This document shows positions 11,637 to 25,339 of a stretch of 64,000 nt of DNA, piece after piece (positions within the stretch are counted from its first letter, which is position 1; each line of letters starts with the position of its first letter). The notes below the pieces were generated by a model, which saw only the letters and a program-made list of their open reading frames with translations, ran no database searches and was not told where the DNA came from. The stretch covers positions 334,563-398,562 of the forward strand of contig MU057597.1 of assembly GCA_013265495.1 (NCBI GenBank), read 5' to 3'. The translations under genes and the position numbers were made by a program. Source of the stretch: Vicugna vicugna. Taxonomy: Eukaryota.

Positions 11637-13499
11637 CTGAAGGGGTTTTGTTTTGTTTTTAGTGGATTTACCTTTTTCTCTTTGTTTTCTTTACATTTAA
11701 TTCTTTTGTAGTTTTGAATAAATCTTAGCACATTCAATTTCTGCTTCTGGATAATTAATTATTAACTTCTGAGATAAGTTTGGTGGCCTTAGGTCATGTA
11801 ATTCTTTTCTAAATGATACATCTTCCATTTTAAAAACTTTATAACACCAGAATTTTTAGGTTAAAAATAATTCACAAATGCTTTCTCTTTATTGATTCAT
11901 ATTTATTGTCGCCTTAGTGATTCTCCCCTCTTTATATATTAGAAAAGTTCTTTGGTAACTGGTAAATAATTTTAGACTATTTTGATGAGTACTTGGTAAA
12001 GATGTCAATGATCTTTTATGTTAATGGTCAAAGCCTAGTTTAACCAGGTGGTCTAATCAGTTTTCCCCCTCTTGTTTGTTGTGTGAAAATAGTGAACTGT
12101 GAGATGACATGAAGATGTTCCCTCAGGTCCCTCTTGACAGTCTTTGCAAATGGTGGACGATGGGCTGGATGGACTTGGAACCTTCTTCCGACAGAGCCCG
12201 TGTGTTCACGATGAAGAACTTTGCTCAGAGCTCATTTCTGAGTTGACCCCTAATGATGTTTTCTTTACCCATGGCTATATTTTTGCAATTCTTCTTAATT
12301 TTTAAAATTTTACTGTGATCTTCTGGAAAAGAAGAATTAAATGCATGGTACCAGTGTGAGTAGACCTTGAAAGAAACATTTCCTTTGCTCAGGTTCATGA
12401 AAGATGGTCCTGGTGTTTTAATTTGGAAGGATGAGAAGGACAGACACTGCCCACTGGCCCTTCAGGATCCCATTTCAGAATTCAGTTACACTGGATTCTG
12501 TTCACTCCACCCAGCATTTCCTCAGAAAGAGCTCCCCTCTGGGCCTCAGGGAGCCCACTTGTAATACAGAGATGGGAGTCTAGACCAGAAAGTCTCAGTC
12601 TGAGCAACTCTGACCCCTGAAATGATTGGCCAAATTGGGTGTGTGTGTGTGTGTGGCAGTTCTTCTTGGAGAGTGTCCAGTTATGTTTAGAATTTTAAAT
12701 GGATCCCATTCCCCCTAGAATGAAAAAAGAAAACCAGACATTTTGGAATGGAGACAAGAAGATAGGCTCAGAGTAAAGGCGACCATAGTCAGATGTATTC
12801 CTCTGCAGTAAGTCTAATTTGAGGAGAGTTTTTATGTCAGTTCTGACATTCAGAACTCCGCTGGCTCTTACTTGCCCTCAGGACCAGATCCTGACTCCTC
12901 ATTGGCTCCACAGCCCTGTGTCGTCCTCCCAGCCCTGCCAGTGTCTCCACCTCATCCTGGGAGCTCACCTTGTTCTCAAGGTTCACTCTGCCTCCGTCAC
13001 ATTCACCTTTTCTCTGTTCCCAGACACCAGCACCTTTTCTGTGTCAGATCAGAGTCCCTGTTCTTATCTTTTCCCTTTAAATCTCCATGGCTCAGGCCCT
13101 TTGTCCTCCATCAGGTCTAGGCTCCAGGGTTGTGTCCCCAGCCCCTCCTGACAATCTCTGTCACATTCACCAGGTCCTATTACCTCTGTGTCAGTCACCT
13201 TCATCAGAAGAGCCCTTCTCCATGGATTACTTGTAGCCTTTCCCATTCTTCCCGCATTGAAGGGCTGACAGTGTTCCTCTTCCTCCCAGGATGGCTGCAG
13301 CACCTCACTCTGGGGAGGTGATTAGATGCTGGGACTCTGGGTTGGGCTGAATAATCCTCAAGGGAGGCCAGGGGAACAGGGTAGATGATGCAGATGGTGC
13401 CATATTTGTTCTGGACGTTTCAACCCTAGTTGATCCTTACCCTGTGTGCTACGCAATTACTCAAAAGAAGGCTCAAAAGATGCAAGGTGTCCCAAAAAT

Positions 13500-14400
13500 C
13501 CCAGCAGAACTGGTGTCCTCATGCAGTGTCCTGAGGTGTCCCCATGTTAAGTGTGCTGTGTCACTGCTGTGCTGTAGCCCCCAGGTGTTCCAGGCTGTGC
13601 ACATCCAGGGACCCATTGACAGGAGCTTTGCCTTCCAGCAGTGCATCTGCTCAGTCAGGGATAGTGATCTCACTGTGCTGAGGGTGGGCAGAAGTCTGGA
13701 GCCTAAGGCAGCATGAAGGAGGCCCCCCCCCCGAAAAAAAGCTAAGATATCCTCTACAAAGTGCCTTTGTGACTGGACCCCATCACTTGCCCAGTTGCTG
13801 CTAAGTTTTCCCAGCAGGGCCGACTTCCTGACCTTCATACTGAATGTCCGGTGTCCTCTGGGTGGCAGCTTGTGTGTGTTCTTGTCGTGATGCCTTTGCT
13901 GAGAGGTCCTTTCCCTTGTTGCCCTGTTTCCCACGCGTGCGTGGAGGAGAGGTGGAGAAATGGGGAAAGTGGAGGGGAGCCTGTGGGGTGTGCAGGAGGG
14001 ACCTGGCAGCCGGTGTGGGCGGCAGGATGAGCCTCGTGAGCGGTGTGTGCGCCTGTCTCTTGTGGGCTCCAGGGGCGTGTGGGACTGTGGGCACAGGATG
14101 TCTCAGTTCAGGCTGGAGCCCCTGGAATGGGGTTCATGGGTAGTTGTGGGGTTCACTGCATGGGTTGAGGTGTCATGGTGTCTTAGCTCAGGTTCCCTGG
14201 GACACAGCTGCTGAGACTGAGGGTTATATGCCTTGGCTTAATTGGGTATTTTTCATGGTCGTACCTGAGGAGGACTGAAGGCAGTGGGTTTAGGCAGAGA
14301 AAAACATTTTGCTCCAGTATTAGAAGTGTGGCTGGAGCTGAAGCCACAGGGAGCTCTGGGTGCAGGAGGACGGGTGCCTTGTTCTTAGGGGATGGACCTA
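13500..14400 (+). repeat. Near-identical paralogous intron tract (copy 1; copy 2 at about 37995-38900)
   Basis: Identical ORF translations in both copies at an offset of 24495 bp. No differences seen across 13616-14300. Confidence 0.9.
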
Positions 14401-14828
14401 GAACTTCCCCCATTCCTGGGGGCTGGGATCTGGGCTGAGGGGGAAGGGGCTGTGCTCTGCATGGGCACTGATTGAGGTCTGGTCTATGACTGGAAGGCTA
14501 GTGGGGTCCAGCTGAGGTGCCCACTGCTGCAGTGTAGGGGAGGGGCTCACCAGGAGCAGAACTAGATCTGAAGAAAGCATGGAGAAACTCCCTTGTTGGT
14601 CTGTGTGTGGAGTGTCCTGTCCCGAGCCCCTCCTGTGACAGTGGGCAGCAGGGGACTGTCTGTTCCACGTGGTGAGATCTCCCCTGTGTGTGTGGTTGTG
14701 GCACACGGAGGGCTGTGTTGATTCTCAGCATTGAACACCATGTTTTCAACCTTCAAGACTGACTTCTGAAGACTCTTGTTGCCTGAGGAAGAAGCTCTGA
14801 AAAGAAGAGGAAAGGAAAGGAGTCAGGA

Positions 14829-14843
14829 ATGGCTGTTTCTCAG
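14829..14843 (+). CDS. Gene A first coding exon segment (MAVSQ; exon about 14758-14843)
   Basis: ggaATGGCTGTTTCTCAG|gtaaag has a good Kozak context and is phase 0, joining in frame to the KRAB-A exon. Confidence 0.85.
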
Positions 14844-16019
14844 GTAAAGTCATACTCTCACTGGATTCTCAGCCTGTCCTTCCTGACATGCCCTTCTTCG
14901 GACTCGCTAATCTTGTATGATTCTGAAGTATCCAGCCTGACACCTGTGCATTCACACTCACCTGGGGCCTTTGCTCAGAGTCTGTGAATTAATATCCGAC
15001 TTCCCTGAGGCTCCAGGGGGCGGCGTCCTGGGCAGGCTTCACCCCCGTGGATTGGATATGCGGAGTCAGTGCTGTTGGGCAGCAGGGAGAGTTTAGGGGT
15101 CTATCTGGGTGCGCTGTCCGCACCCTGTAAACGAGGATGAAGAAGATGCAGTTGGAAGTCAGGTGTTAATGTCCACAATACCTGGTAAAATCTGGAAAAG
15201 AGACCAATGAAGAGAAGTTTGTTCTGACTTTTTCTAAGAGAACTGAAGCTAAATGAGTGAGTTACTGACTTTAAATCTTAATGATTGGGAATGGAAAGGA
15301 AAGTTCAGAAACCGATATCAGTGATAGAAGGGGTTTTATTCCATCATTGAATTTAAACTATGAAATCAGCCTAATTCCCTAACAGTTGGGTAAAAATCTC
15401 TTTCATTACTTGCGTTTCCGTGATACTGTCTTTTCATTCTGTGGGTTGTATCCTTTGACAGAGGTTTTACCTTTGGTGCAGGTGATGTTCAAGCTCCATC
15501 CTTTTGCTGGTAGACACCCAGTGTCTCAGCACCCTTTGTTACTGAGACTGTCTTTTGCCCTTTGTGTCCTCTTGGCTCCCTTGCCTCTGCATTTTTCATG
15601 TATTCACAGGATGATTTCCTGTGTTCTCTTCTGCCCCACTGATTTGGGTGTCTGGGTCTTTTCTAGTAGTACCTCGTCTTGATTACTTCGCAGTATGTTT
15701 TGAAATCTAAAAATGCTGGTCTCCATCTTCTTTTTCAAGAGTTATTTTGGCTATTTGTGGTCCCTTGAGATTCCCTGTGAATTTTGGCATGACTTTTTTT
15801 CTCTCACTGCAAAAATTGCATATGAAATTTTGATAAGGATTACTTTGAATATACAGAACACTTTGGGTAGTTTGGTCATTTTTAGAATAGTAAGTCTTCC
15901 AAAGCATCAGGTCAGAGTGTCTTTTTATTTGTATATCTTTGTGTTTCTTTTAGGCACGTTTAATAATTTTCAGTGTACACTTTTAAAATTTTTTTACTCT
16001 TTTTTTTTTAACTGGCAGT

Positions 16020-16183
16020 TTCTTTCTATTTAATTATGTATGTATGTATGTGTGTGTTTTGTTTTTTGTGGGGGTGGTAATTAGGCTTATTTATTTATTT
16101 ATTTTAATGGAGGTACTGGGGATTGAACCCAGGACCTCGTGCATGCTAAGCACACGCTCTACGACTCAGCTATACCTTCCCCC
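16020..16183 (-). mobile_element. tRNA-derived SINE (Vic-1-like)
   Basis: ggtaattaggcttatttatttatt...ggaggtactggggattgaacccaggacctcgtgcatgctaagc...agctatacc. Confidence 0.85.
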
Positions 16184-16599
16184 AGTCCTTGGCTCTTTCT
16201 TTCCTAAGTATTCTGTCCCTTTTGGTGCTGTACTATGTAGGGTCTTTTCCTATTTTCTTTTGACATTGTTCAATGTGTATAGATATGCAGCTGGTTTTTG
16301 CCTAATGATTTTTTTATGCTGCAACTTTTCTAAAGTTTTTTTCTTTAAAGTATTAGTTTTCTCAGGGAATCCTTTTGCTTTGTACATATAAAACCCTGTC
16401 ACCTACAAAAAAGAGAATTTTGCTTTTTCAATTTGGATAACTTTCTTTTTTTTTGTCTAGTATCTCTGGGACTTTCAGTACTCCCTTGAACAGTAGTGTA
16501 GAGTGTGCATCTTTCCCTTTTTTTATTGTAAACATTTAGCAATGTAGACTTCTTTCTTAGTACAATGTTGACTGCATCTCATACATTTTGATATGTTGT

Positions 16600-16736
16600 T
16601 TTTCGGGGGGGGAGTAATTAGGTTTGTTTGCTTGTTTGTTTGTTTATTTATTCTTAAAGGAGGTACATGGGATTGAACCCAGGACCTTGTGCACGGTAAG
16701 CAGGCACTCTACCACTGAGCTGTATACGCATCCCCA
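16600..16736 (-). mobile_element. tRNA-derived SINE (Vic-1-like) with TSD
   Basis: SINE consensus with TSD tgatatgttgt at 16589-16599 and 16737-16747. Confidence 0.85.
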
Positions 16737-18575
16737 TGATATGTTGTGTTTTTATTTTCATTCATATATTTTTACAGTTTCCCTGTAGTTTCTTGTTTGA
16801 GCTTCTTTAAGAATGAACTGTGTGATTTCCAAGTTTTGGAGATTTTCCTGTTTCCCCTCTGCTTTTTCCTGCTAGTTTCATTTCATTGTAGTTGGAGAAG
16901 ATACTTTTTACGATCTGAGTCTCTTAATATTTATTCAGGTTTGTTTTGTGGCCTACGATGTGGTCTGTCATGGAGAATGTTTCACGTTTGCTTGAGAAGC
17001 ATGTGTTTTCTGCTGTTGGGTGGAGTGTTCTGTATATATGTGTGTCAGGTGCAGGTGTCCTTTGGTGGTGTACAAGTTGTCTGTTTCCTCATTAACCTTT
17101 TTATTTATTTCCGTGCATAGGTAAAATTAGGGAATTGGACTCTTGTTGATATTGTATTGCTGTCTGTTTCTCTGTTTATTTCTGTCAACGTTTGCTTCAT
17201 TTTGGAGGGAGCTCTGATGTTAGATGTATACATACTTACAACTGTTGTATCTTCTTGGTGATTTGAATCTTTTATCAAAATATAATGGTTTTTGTCCCTT
17301 GTGTAAGTTTTTGCTTAATTTTTTCTGATATAATATAGTTATCCTGATTCTGTTGAAGATGGACTATCTTTTCCATCCTTTTACTTTTCTCCTTTCCTTC
17401 TCCTTAGATTTGTGAACGTTGAGAGTTCCAACCCTCTGACTCACTCTCTGTGTCTCTCGCCCTCTGTGTCTCCTCCTGCTACTTCCTCTCGTGCTCCTCG
17501 CTCAGGCACCCTGTATGGTGGTGAAAGGCAGGGGCCCTGGCCAGCCCCCTTCCCTCCACTGTAATTTCAGAGGGCCTGGGTTGAGTGTTTCCTTCTGATC
17601 ATGACGTTTGGTGATATGTTGTTGCTTAATGACAATATATTTTTTTCCACATTTTTTTTGTCCTGATTTTCAATTTTCCAAGTAGTTGTTAACTTTACTA
17701 CTGAGATAATTTTTTTCATAATCTGTTAAATTAATGTATAAGAGTAATAACTTTTCTAATTTGAATCACTGTTTTATGAGTGGAATACAGAAACTGTTTT
17801 AATTTGTTAAAACCTACCTATGTAAATTTGAGTGGGTAAGATTGTATTTATATTTTTGACTATAGGGATTCTCTAGAGATTGGAGTTAAAAGAATCCTGT
17901 GTTTTTCACATTAGTACCATTTAGTACAGTTAATATTTTTCCATTGTCCTAATGATGCTGAAATTTATGCAAATAAAAACGATGGAAAAATTTGTCCAAA
18001 AATACATCCTAAGAGAACCCCTCTCATTTCAGTTAACTGTGTGTTTACATGTGTGTCCATTAGTTCATGGATGTGCAAGTCTGTGGTTTTGATAACAGAC
18101 ATCATAAATTCACAACTATGTATTTTATCATATTGCAATAGAAATTATATCTTCAGTATATTCTTGCCCTTGAATTTTTTCTCCATTATCCTGTTAATGG
18201 TTTAAATAGTAGTAAGATTACTAACATTTTATGTGAATGTGTGTGTGCCCAGGTCTTTGTTGAACTTTTATCTCCTTCCATGTTGTTCACCTTAAACTTC
18301 TTCCAGGTTTTCTCAGGGAACCCTCTGTCCACGTACTTTTAATACTCTATTACTTAACTTCTTGCTTCTTTATCTTCAGCTAAAGAGCTGAACCACCTTA
18401 GTTCACGTGCTTACTGTGTCATTTCGTAGTTTGATCTGAGTTGAGTTTCTGAGAATGTGTCTGACACTTTTCTGTGAGATGGGAACAGATCGCCCTCCAA
18501 TGAGCTACAGTGTTGATAACAAGCTCTTGCTTATGAAGCATTTACAGTAGTGCTTAATATTTAAGAAGAATTCTG

Positions 18576-18732
18576 AGGGAGGGTATAACTCAGTGGTAGA
18601 GCATGTGCTTAGCATGCATGAGGTCCTTGTTCAAGTCCCAATACCTCCATTAAATTAAATAAATCAACCTAATTACCTCCCCCCCATAAAATTTAAAAAT
18701 AAATACATAAAAATAAATTAATTAAAAAAAAA
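18576..18732 (+). mobile_element. tRNA-derived SINE (Vic-1-like)
   Basis: gagggtataactcagtggtagagcatgtgcttagcatgcatgaggtcc...aacctaattacctcccccc with an A-rich tail. Confidence 0.85.
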
Positions 18733-19150
18733 TTCAAACACCTTTAGTCACTGTTGTTGTTATCATGATCATAACTTAAGATTTTGACTTTTCTCCAAAG
18801 CCAGTGTAGACTTTGTCATCTCTGAAGACAGCATTCGTACTATGGTTCATCTTGATACTGAATATCACTCCGTGTGTAAAACGTGATATGTAACACTTCT
18901 GCATAGACAGCCCATTGTTCAATTTTATTTGTGTGCATTTCATGTATGGTGCACAGAAATGAAAAATCCACATTGGTTGGAGGATATCATAATCTTATGA
19001 AAAGGCGTAAGCAATTATAGACCCTTAATTTGCTCCAAATACCTTTCCACGGATCTGTCAGAGCACTTACCTCAGCTGATTTGATCCTTACCCCCTCTCC
19101 TCTTCTCACTTTGTGTGAACATAAGAGCTCTTCTCATGGTCTTTTGGTGA

Positions 19151-19417
<267 letters not shown>

Positions 19418-19579
19418 TGAAGCTTCCTGATGCAGCCTCAGGAGTTTAAATGTACCTTATCCTCAGAATCTGCCCACTTAGAACAGCCCCATCAGGGCTT
19501 GTTCTGAAGTTTCTGTGTTTATAAAGCTCAGTGGCAGACTTTTTATTGTACCCACTTCCCTATTTTCTACCCAGGTGCT

Positions 19580-19900
19580 TTTTTTTTTTAATTGAAATAG
19601 TCAGTTACAATGTGTCAGTCTCAGATGTACAGCACGATGTCCCAGTCATGCATATATATAGATATATTTATTTTCATATTCTCTTTCATTAAAGGTTATT
19701 ACAAGATACTGAATATAGTTCCCTGTGCTATACTGAAGAAATTTGTTTTTTTTTAATCTATTTTTACATGTAGTGGTTAACATTTGCAAATCTCAAACTC
19801 CCGAATTTATCCCTTTCCACCCCGTTTTCCTGTTAACCATAAGATTGTTTACTATATCTGCAAGTCTGTTTCTTTTGTGGATGAGTTCATTAGTGTCCTC
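19580..19900 (-). mobile_element. LINE-1 3' end fragment (absent at the paralogous site in gene B)
   Basis: Poly-T followed by an antisense L1 3' UTR. Imperfect flanking duplication tttctacccaggtgct / tttctacatgtgct. Confidence 0.75.
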
Positions 19901-20110
19901 TTTCTACATGTGCTCTTGATTTGGAAGTTCTAGGAAGGGAGCTGTATTTCTGCATATCATACTGTCCCTGTATATTAAGAAAGAGGCAAACAGCAAATGA
20001 ATTTTTGAAATGTTTTTCTAGATCCATGGGTAATGTCCTTAATCCTCCGAACAAAGAACTAGGATTCTGGAAATGTCACAGTAAATCATGTTTCTTTTTC
20101 TTATGTGGAG

Positions 20111-20200
20111 GAATTTCTGTTGCGCATCTGAATATTTTACCCACTTCTTAGCAAATGAAAGAGCCCTGGGCTGTGGAGATGACATGAGAGAGTTCGGGGC
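20111..20200 (+). pseudogene. Degenerate KRAB-B exon of gene A
   Basis: Reads GISVAHLNILPTS*QMKEPWAVEM, with an in-frame TAG at 20149-20151 and a weak ggag acceptor. Confidence 0.8.
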
Positions 20201-21649
20201 CGTACCTCGATGTGAGCGCAGGTCGGATCTCAGGAGAGCTGAGGGAGCGCCTCTGCATTAGTAGTGTTTGGGAGACTGTCCCCTCATCGGAGAGTTGTGG
20301 GGTTACAAAAATGCGTTTGTTACTCTGACCTCCGAGAGGAAGTTTTTCTTCTTAACTTGTCACTCTGTCTTTTGACTTGTAAAATGTGATCTTTCCCCCT
20401 CCATGGGTGCTGCAGCTCCTCCAGAAACAAAGGCAGTCGTTGCCATGATCTGCCCTCTGCCGTCTGGCTCCTGTGAGTTCGCTGTTACTTGACTTTGAGG
20501 GCTGGTTTGTCAGGCTCCCTTGTCCCTCAGTCTCTCCTTCAGGGCATGATTCCGTTGGATGCTCAGTTCTCAGTCCATGTACATCAGAGCTGATGCCAGC
20601 TGACTCCAGTTTTTGGGCCTTTCCCAGTTCCATCCTCATTTGCTGTGTTTAGAAGACCTAATGAAAAGATGGGAAAACACTGGCTGCTCTTTGATTCCAT
20701 CTGGCACCTCAGAACCTGCCCGGAGCTGTCTCAGGCCAAGTCCCCTCGGACATTCTACTCCCTGCTTTTGCCACGCATTTCAGGGATGTGCGGGACAGCC
20801 AGGTGGACTGAATCTTCAGTAATTGTTATGTAGGAAAACTTTGGGGACAGTGGACACAGATCCTCTTTTTCATGCCCAGTCCCTCTTGGGACTTTGAGGC
20901 TTTTAGTTTGGCATCTGTGGGTGGAGTGCGTGGTTCCCTCTGAAGGTCCTGCAGTATCTGACCCACGTGTGTTGTGTTGTTTTCACTCAGGTGCTGCTCT
21001 ACCTAGTCTGGGAATGTACGCTCTTCTTACTTTCATATTCTCCTCAGTTTGCATGATTTTCCTTCTGAAACTTGCTTTTGACATACACCGTCCTAGGGCC
21101 GCAGTCTTATCCAGTTTCCTTGCTGTGATAATCCACCCATATTTAATGGACAACTTCTGGTGGACTTTCTGTGGAGTAGGGTTACTGGGTAACAGAAAAG
21201 TTTTGATGGAGAGTACTTTCCCTCATATTTTTCTGGCACGTACAAAACCACCACTTGAAGCTACTTAGAGTAGCTGGCATGTTCTTAAGATACGAGATAG
21301 AAAGGATCTCGAGAGCCTGGCCGATGTGTTCCAGTTGTTTTTTGTCTTTTCCTTTAGGAATGTCACAGATGCATGTCTCAAGGGCACTGTGACGGTATTT
21401 TCCCATACAGAGCTGCCCCTCCTCTTTCAGCCTCAGTAAACAGTGTAGGAGTTTCTCCTCTGGTTAACTCTGTCCAGTTCACATCGTGGTATTTGTGTTA
21501 CACGTATACGTATACATTGTTGCTGTTGAGTAAACTTGTTGATGCCATGTGTTCGGTCACTGTGTGTGCCGTTGTTCATTCTGCCTAATTTCAGAGCATC
21601 TTAGTGAGAGAGCTTATGAAGTGGAGTGGTACCTTCAATGATGAACCAT

Positions 21650-24600
21650 TATTTGTCCCCCGTTGAGGAGTCCTGACCCCCTTGTGGAACATCATTTGAC
21701 CATAGATGCAGGAGTTTCATTTCCGACCTCTCTGCTCTATTCCACTGGTCTCTTGTCTCTCTTCATGCCAGTACCACACTACTTGGAGTAGTTGACCTTT
21801 GGAATAATTTTGAAATAATTGTGAAACCTCCAACGTTATCATTTTCTTTTTAAAATTTATTTTCATTATCATCTTTGCTATTGAGGGTATTTTGAGATTG
21901 CATATGATTGAATCTGAGGATGGATTTTTCTATTCAGGAAATGCTGTTGGGTATGGTGAGAAAGAATATGAAAACGAAGATATGTATGTTCCTGTATGAC
22001 TGAAGCATTGTGCAGACCCCAGACATTGCCACAACATTGTAAACTGACCGTGCTTCAATAAAAATGCTATTGGGATTTTCCTAGGGATCGGGTTCCATCT
22101 GTTGATGGCTTTGGGTAGTACTGACATCCTGACAGCATTGACTTCCAACCCCACGAGCTTGGGACATCCTTGCATTCATTTGTGTTTTTTCTAATGTTTT
22201 TCAGCTTGTTTTTAGTTTATAGTGTACAAAACGTTCCTGTCTTGTGTAAGGTTATGACAAGTATTTTTTTTATGGTGTTGTAAATGGAATTGTTTTCTGA
22301 ATTTTCTTCTTGATCTTCCTCCATATATAGAAACACAATTGATTTTTGCCTGTCAATTTTATATCGTGTGATTTTTCTGAGTTTATTATTTTTAGCAGGT
22401 TTTTGGAGAATCTTCAGAGTTTTCTACATGTTAGATCATGTTATTTGTCAACAGTTTGGACATAGAATTGTGTTTGTATTTTCTTCTAATTTTTTTGATA
22501 ATTTTACTTTTTCTGCTTAGGTAGCTTTTCTCTTTCTGCCTATGTGTTCTTGCTGGGACGTCTAGTAATATATTTTTTAAAAATATTTTTATTAATATAT
22601 TTTTATTAATAAATAAGAGTGAGAGCAGGTATTTTTGTCTTATTCTTGATCTTAGAGGAAAAGCTTTAAGTTATTCATTGTTGAGTGTGATTTAGCCATT
22701 TGCTGTTAATATATGTCTAATGTTGAGGTATTTTTTATTTGTTCCTAGTTATTTTGAGTCTTTTTATCACGGAAGGCTGTTGACATTTGTCAACTGCTTT
22801 TTCTATACGAATTAAGATGTTAATTTTTTTTTTTCATTCTGTTAACGTGCTGTATTACATTGAAATATTTTCATATGTTGACCCATCCTTATATTTCAAA
22901 AATTTATCCCCGTTTGTCATGGTATAGAATCCTTTTAATGTGCTGTTGATTCCACTTTACTGTAATTTTGTTGGTGATTTTTGCATCATTAGTCATTCGA
23001 GATTTTAGTCTCTGGTTTCTTGTAGTGTCTTTGTCTGGCTTTGGTATTAGAGTAATTCTGACCAGAGAGAGGGAGTTTGGAACTGTTCCCTTTTTTTTTC
23101 AATTTTTGCGGAAAGAATTTAAGGAAGGTTACTGCTCTTAATTGTTCTTAAATGTTGGGTAGAATTCTGCAATGAAGCTATCTGGCCTTCTTTTTTTCAG
23201 TGCTTTTTGATTAGTAATTCAACCTCTTCACAATTTATAGGTTTGTTTATATTTTTAACTTTATCATGATTCTGCCTTGGTAAGTTGTGTTTCTCTTAAG
23301 ATTTTATCCATTTCTTCCAGGTTTTCCAGTATTTGGGCATAGAATTGTGTTAGTATTTTCTTCTAATTGTTTTTCCTGAAATCTGTTGTAATATCCCCGT
23401 TTATTTCTGATTTTCATAATTTGAGTCTTCTTTCCTTTCAGCTAGTCTTGTAGACAGGGTGTATCAAAGAACCAACTTGTAGTTTTGTGATTTTCTGTAG
23501 GTTTTATTCTGAATTTCATTTACCTCTTATCTTTTTTTCCTACCTTTTGATACCTTAGGCATATGTTGTTCTTGTAAGATCTTTTTCTTCTGTTTGTTTT
23601 TTGCTTTCGAAAATTTTTTAATACACATGGTAGACCAGGACTGCTTTCCTGTATTTGTTTTCTCTGTCCCTACTTTTTTGATATTTAATTAACATATCAC
23701 ATGTTGTGACTTTAAAGGGTACAGTGTGACAGTTTGGTATACATTTATATAGTAAAATGATTTTCTCAATAGGTTTTTTAATACATTCTTCCATTCATTT
23801 AATTACAGTATTTTTTGTGTGGTGAGAACATTTAAGGTCTTCTGTCTTACCAAATTTCAGTTATATACAACAGTATTGATAAGTATAATCAGCATACTGC
23901 ACATTTGATTTCTAGAACATTTTCCACTTACATATTAAAATTTTCCTCTTTTGACTATTATCTTCCCATTCTACCAACCCCCAACATCTACTCTGTTTTT
24001 ATTAGTTTGGCTGTTTTTTATTTTTTTCTTTAAATAATGTGCTTCCCACATAAATGAGATCATTAAGTATGAGTCTTTCTCTCTGACTTAATTTACTAAG
24101 TAAGCATTTTCAGTGTTTAGCCATGTTGATACAGATAGCTGAATTACCTCCTTTTTCGTGACAAAATAATATACATTATGTATATCTATCAGGTATTTTT
24201 TGTACATTTATCCTTTGGACACTTAGTTTTTATCATGCTTTGGCAATTTTAAATACTGCTGTAATGAATGTGGGAGTGCACATGTCTTTTAATGGCAGTG
24301 ATTTCATATAGAAAATGCACATGATATATTTTTTTTAGTTTCTTTTATTGAAGAATTTGCAATGTTGTGTTAGTTTCAGGTGTAAAGCAAAGTGACTCAG
24401 TTACACATATATATGTATATATGTATTTTTTTCAGGTTCCTTTCCATTATAAGTTATTGTAAGATACTGAATATAGTTCCCTGTGCTATGCAGTAGGTCC
24501 TTGTTGTTTATCAATTTTTTATACTAGCCTGTATCTATTAATTCCAAATTCCTAATTGTCCCCCTCTTCCTCATTATATGATTTTTAAAAAAAGATGTTT

Positions 24601-24790
24601 TGAGGGCCCTTACACTGTTTTCCTTAGTGACTGCACCAATTTACATCCCCAAAACAGGTGCTAGATTTCTGTTTCTTCCCCATTTTCAACAACATTCGTC
24701 CTCTCTGGTCTTTTTGATGACAGGCATTCTCACAGGCACAAGGTAACATCTCACTGTGGTTCTGATTTGGCGTTTCCTCCTGAGGGCACC
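21650..24790 (-). mobile_element. Old fragmented LINE-1 sequences (paralogous to about 46850-49470) with a younger L1 3' piece at about 24325-24570
   Basis: T-rich antisense L1 motifs and a decayed peptide (MSVLPKAINRWNPIPRKIPIAF). Confidence 0.7.
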
Positions 24791-24914
24791 TCTGCGAAGT
24801 TGGGAGGCTTCCCCTCAGTTCAGTCTCAGTGCATTCAAGAGGGAGCCAGGTACCCAGAGGCAGCAAGTTGTCCTGAACTTTCCTGCATTTTTTGGTTTAG
24901 TGTCTTCAGAAGCT

Positions 24915-25050
24915 TTTTTGTTTATTTATTGTTGTTATTTGTTTGTTTGTTTTCTTAATGGAGGTACTGGGGATTGAACCCAGGACCTCCTGCATGCTAA
25001 GCATGTGCCCTACCACTGAGCTGTATTCACACCCCCCACCCCCCACCCCC
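24915..25050 (-). mobile_element. tRNA-derived SINE (Vic-1-like)
   Basis: ggaggtactggggattgaacccaggacctcctgcatgctaagc. Confidence 0.85.
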
Positions 25051-25339
25051 ACCATTCATTGTTTTCAGTTGGGTTCCTCGTGGTTTATGAGTGTCTGTGG
25101 TTTACTGTTCTGCCATCCTGCTCACATCACTGTGTATGTTTTTGTTTTTCCTTGCAGATTTGTGTCAGCAAATGTTACGATACGGTTTTTAGTGATTAGA
25201 GAGGCCAGCTAAAGAAATCCTGTCAGTTTAATAACAAGGAATGTTAACCATAAACATTTTATATATCAGTCAACACATTTCTTTTTTTTAACTATGTTAT
25301 GTAAGTAATAGTTTAATTAGTAACATTTTTTCCATTCAC

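Larger units (their letters stand above)
15400..17390 (-). mobile_element. Old fragmented LINE-1 (intron 2 of gene A; paralogous to about 41450-43120)
   Basis: T-rich antisense L1 motifs and a decayed ORF2-like peptide on the minus strand (PKFTGNLKGPQIAKITLEK). Confidence 0.65.

Noticed and set aside
13473..14214. ORFs of 84-157 aa repeated almost identically at 37956-38709
   Set aside because: They are conserved only because the DNA tract is identical in all frames. There is no recognisable domain, and they lie in intron 1.
18576..18660. tRNA-like sequences (here and in over a dozen other places)
   Set aside because: They are diverged SINE heads with tails and TSDs, not tRNA genes.
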